A stretch of DNA of 64,000 nt, taken from NCBI RefSeq assembly GCF_001194135.2, contig NC_068987.1, positions 49,940,273 to 50,004,272 on the forward strand, given 5' to 3'. The notes below the pieces were generated by a model. It was not told the DNA's origin. It did no database searches and worked only from the letters and a program-made list of their open reading frames with translations. The position numbers were made by a program, and so were the translations under genes. The number at the start of each line of letters is the position of its first letter. The stretch's first letter is position 1. The DNA is from Octopus bimaculoides (taxonomy: Eukaryota). This document shows positions 62,373 through 64,000 of this stretch, in pieces.

Positions 62373-63175
62373 GACAGGGATTGACTATAAATCAAATAGC
62401 CAATGCTATTAGCATATCCTGTGAGGGAGTTGAGAATACTCTGCATAGTGAACTTGGCATGATAAAGGTTTTCTGCTTGGTGGGTGCTACGTCTTCTGAT
62501 ACCAGATCAAAAGCATACCAGGCTGATCACATCACAGGAAAATCTGCCATTATTTGAGGCAGATCCAGCTGGTTTCCTGGAATGTTTCCTAATCCAGGAT
62601 GAATGTTGGGCTTATCACTTTGAGTCAAGAGATAAAGAGACAATCCATGCAGTGGAAACACCCCTCCTCACATGCTATAAAGAAGGCCAAGGTCGTTTCA
62701 TCTGCAGGGAAGGTGATGACCTCAGCTTTTGGGGTGCAGAAGGTATTATGTTACTTGACTATCTTCAAAAAGGCTTTACCATCAATGGAAAGTACTGTGC
62801 CAACTTGTTGATGCAGGTACAAAAGGCTATCAAGACCAAGCACTCAGGAAAACTGACAAAAGGAGTTTTGTTTCATCAGGACAATGCTCCAGCGCTCAAG
62901 TCATTAGTTTCAATGACTGCTGTGCATATCTGTGGCTTTGAACTGATTGATCAGTCTCCCTACCCTCCTGATTTGGCCCCATCTAACTATCATTTGTTCC
63001 CCTACATGAAAAAGCACTTGGCAGGGAACCAGTATCCTAGTGATGATGACATCACATCTGATATTGATGACTTTTTTGACCACCAGGATGAAAGCGTCTT
63101 CATCAATGGGGTTCAAGCACTGCAACGCCATGAGAGTATCTGGTCAACCTATGAACTTTTCAGCTGACTCTCATA
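62373..63175 (+). pseudogene. 5'-truncated, frameshifted mariner (Tc1/mariner) transposase
   Basis: WVLRLL (WVPRLL-like), QDECW, KRQSMQWKH in a shifted frame, HQDNAP, YPPDLAPSNYHLF; right TIR-like GAACTTTTCAGCTGACTCTCA followed by TA. Confidence 0.9.
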
Positions 63176-63942
63176 TATGATAATTAGCTTTGTGTGTTTG
63201 ATCAGTCACACAAATAAGATAATGTTGAAGTAGGAGGCTGTCAACCATAAATAGTGACTGAGTGTCAGTAGGAGGCATCTGCTTTTGTTTTAGTTCTAAT
63301 ATACTTTTTATATTGTGTGGTTTACAAGATATTTTCAAAAGTAAGAATAGATTTTGACATTTAATTTCATTTGGCACCAACATGATTATGTAATTTGGGT
63401 TCAGTCTCACTGTGCAGCACCTTGTAGCGTCTTGTACTATGAGCCGAAGTTGATCAAAGCCTTATGAGTAGAAACTACCTCCACCATTGTGTGTGTGTGT
63501 GTCTATATGTAATTTATCTTGACATCATATGATGGTTGTAGATAAGCATCCCTGTCTTACAAGTGATGTTTGTTTTCATTTGTCTGTGGGGCTATAGGGA
63601 AATATTATTTTACTTTAGAAACGAGTGAGTTTGCAGCATTGAAGGGCATCTGACTGTAGAAAATCTGCTTCAACAAATTAAATTTGACTCATAGTGGACT
63701 TCAAAACAATAAAAACAATAACAAAAGCAATTTGAAGAATCACTATATTTACTATAATTAATAAAACTTATAATTTCTGATAATGAGTACATTAATTTAT
63801 AAAAATAATTTCTAACATACTCTTCGTTGATCACAAGAACTTATTTCAATCTGACACTTTAGTTTATTGCTCTATGCCTGGGAAATTGTTGAGTTATGGA
63901 ACATAACACTATTAGTGTATAAACTTCAGCATATACACAAAA

Positions 63943-64000
<58 letters not shown>

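Overview
AT-rich, repeat-dense eukaryotic genomic DNA with nine N-gaps. The SINE/LINE families look like those of an Octopus (coleoid cephalopod) genome, which is an inference from recall and not a database search. Two protein-coding genes lie divergently about 35 kb apart. On the minus strand are the first seven coding exons of the nuclear exosome helicase MTREX/SKIV2L2 (Mtr4), with ATG at 10405, consistent splice phases, and the gene running off the window start. On the plus strand is the first coding exon of a 4E-BP (ATG 45083), whose next exon is not in the window. The rest is mostly transposon-derived: several tRNA-headed SINE families, RTE, CR1/L2 and Hero-like LINE fragments, a Helitron cluster, a decayed mariner with its MITEs, piggyBac-type MITEs and a hAT remnant. 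The most unusual structures are (1) a 693-bp Mutator-like element (9-bp TSD, 48-bp TIRs) filled with a 3+3 mirror-image array of SINE-tail modules, (2) a 207-bp GC-rich foldback MITE (8-bp TSD, 86-bp arms) with telomeric repeats at the inner ends of its arms, and (3) an unclassified modular direct/inverted repeat near 58 kb. SINE and LINE boundaries are approximate.
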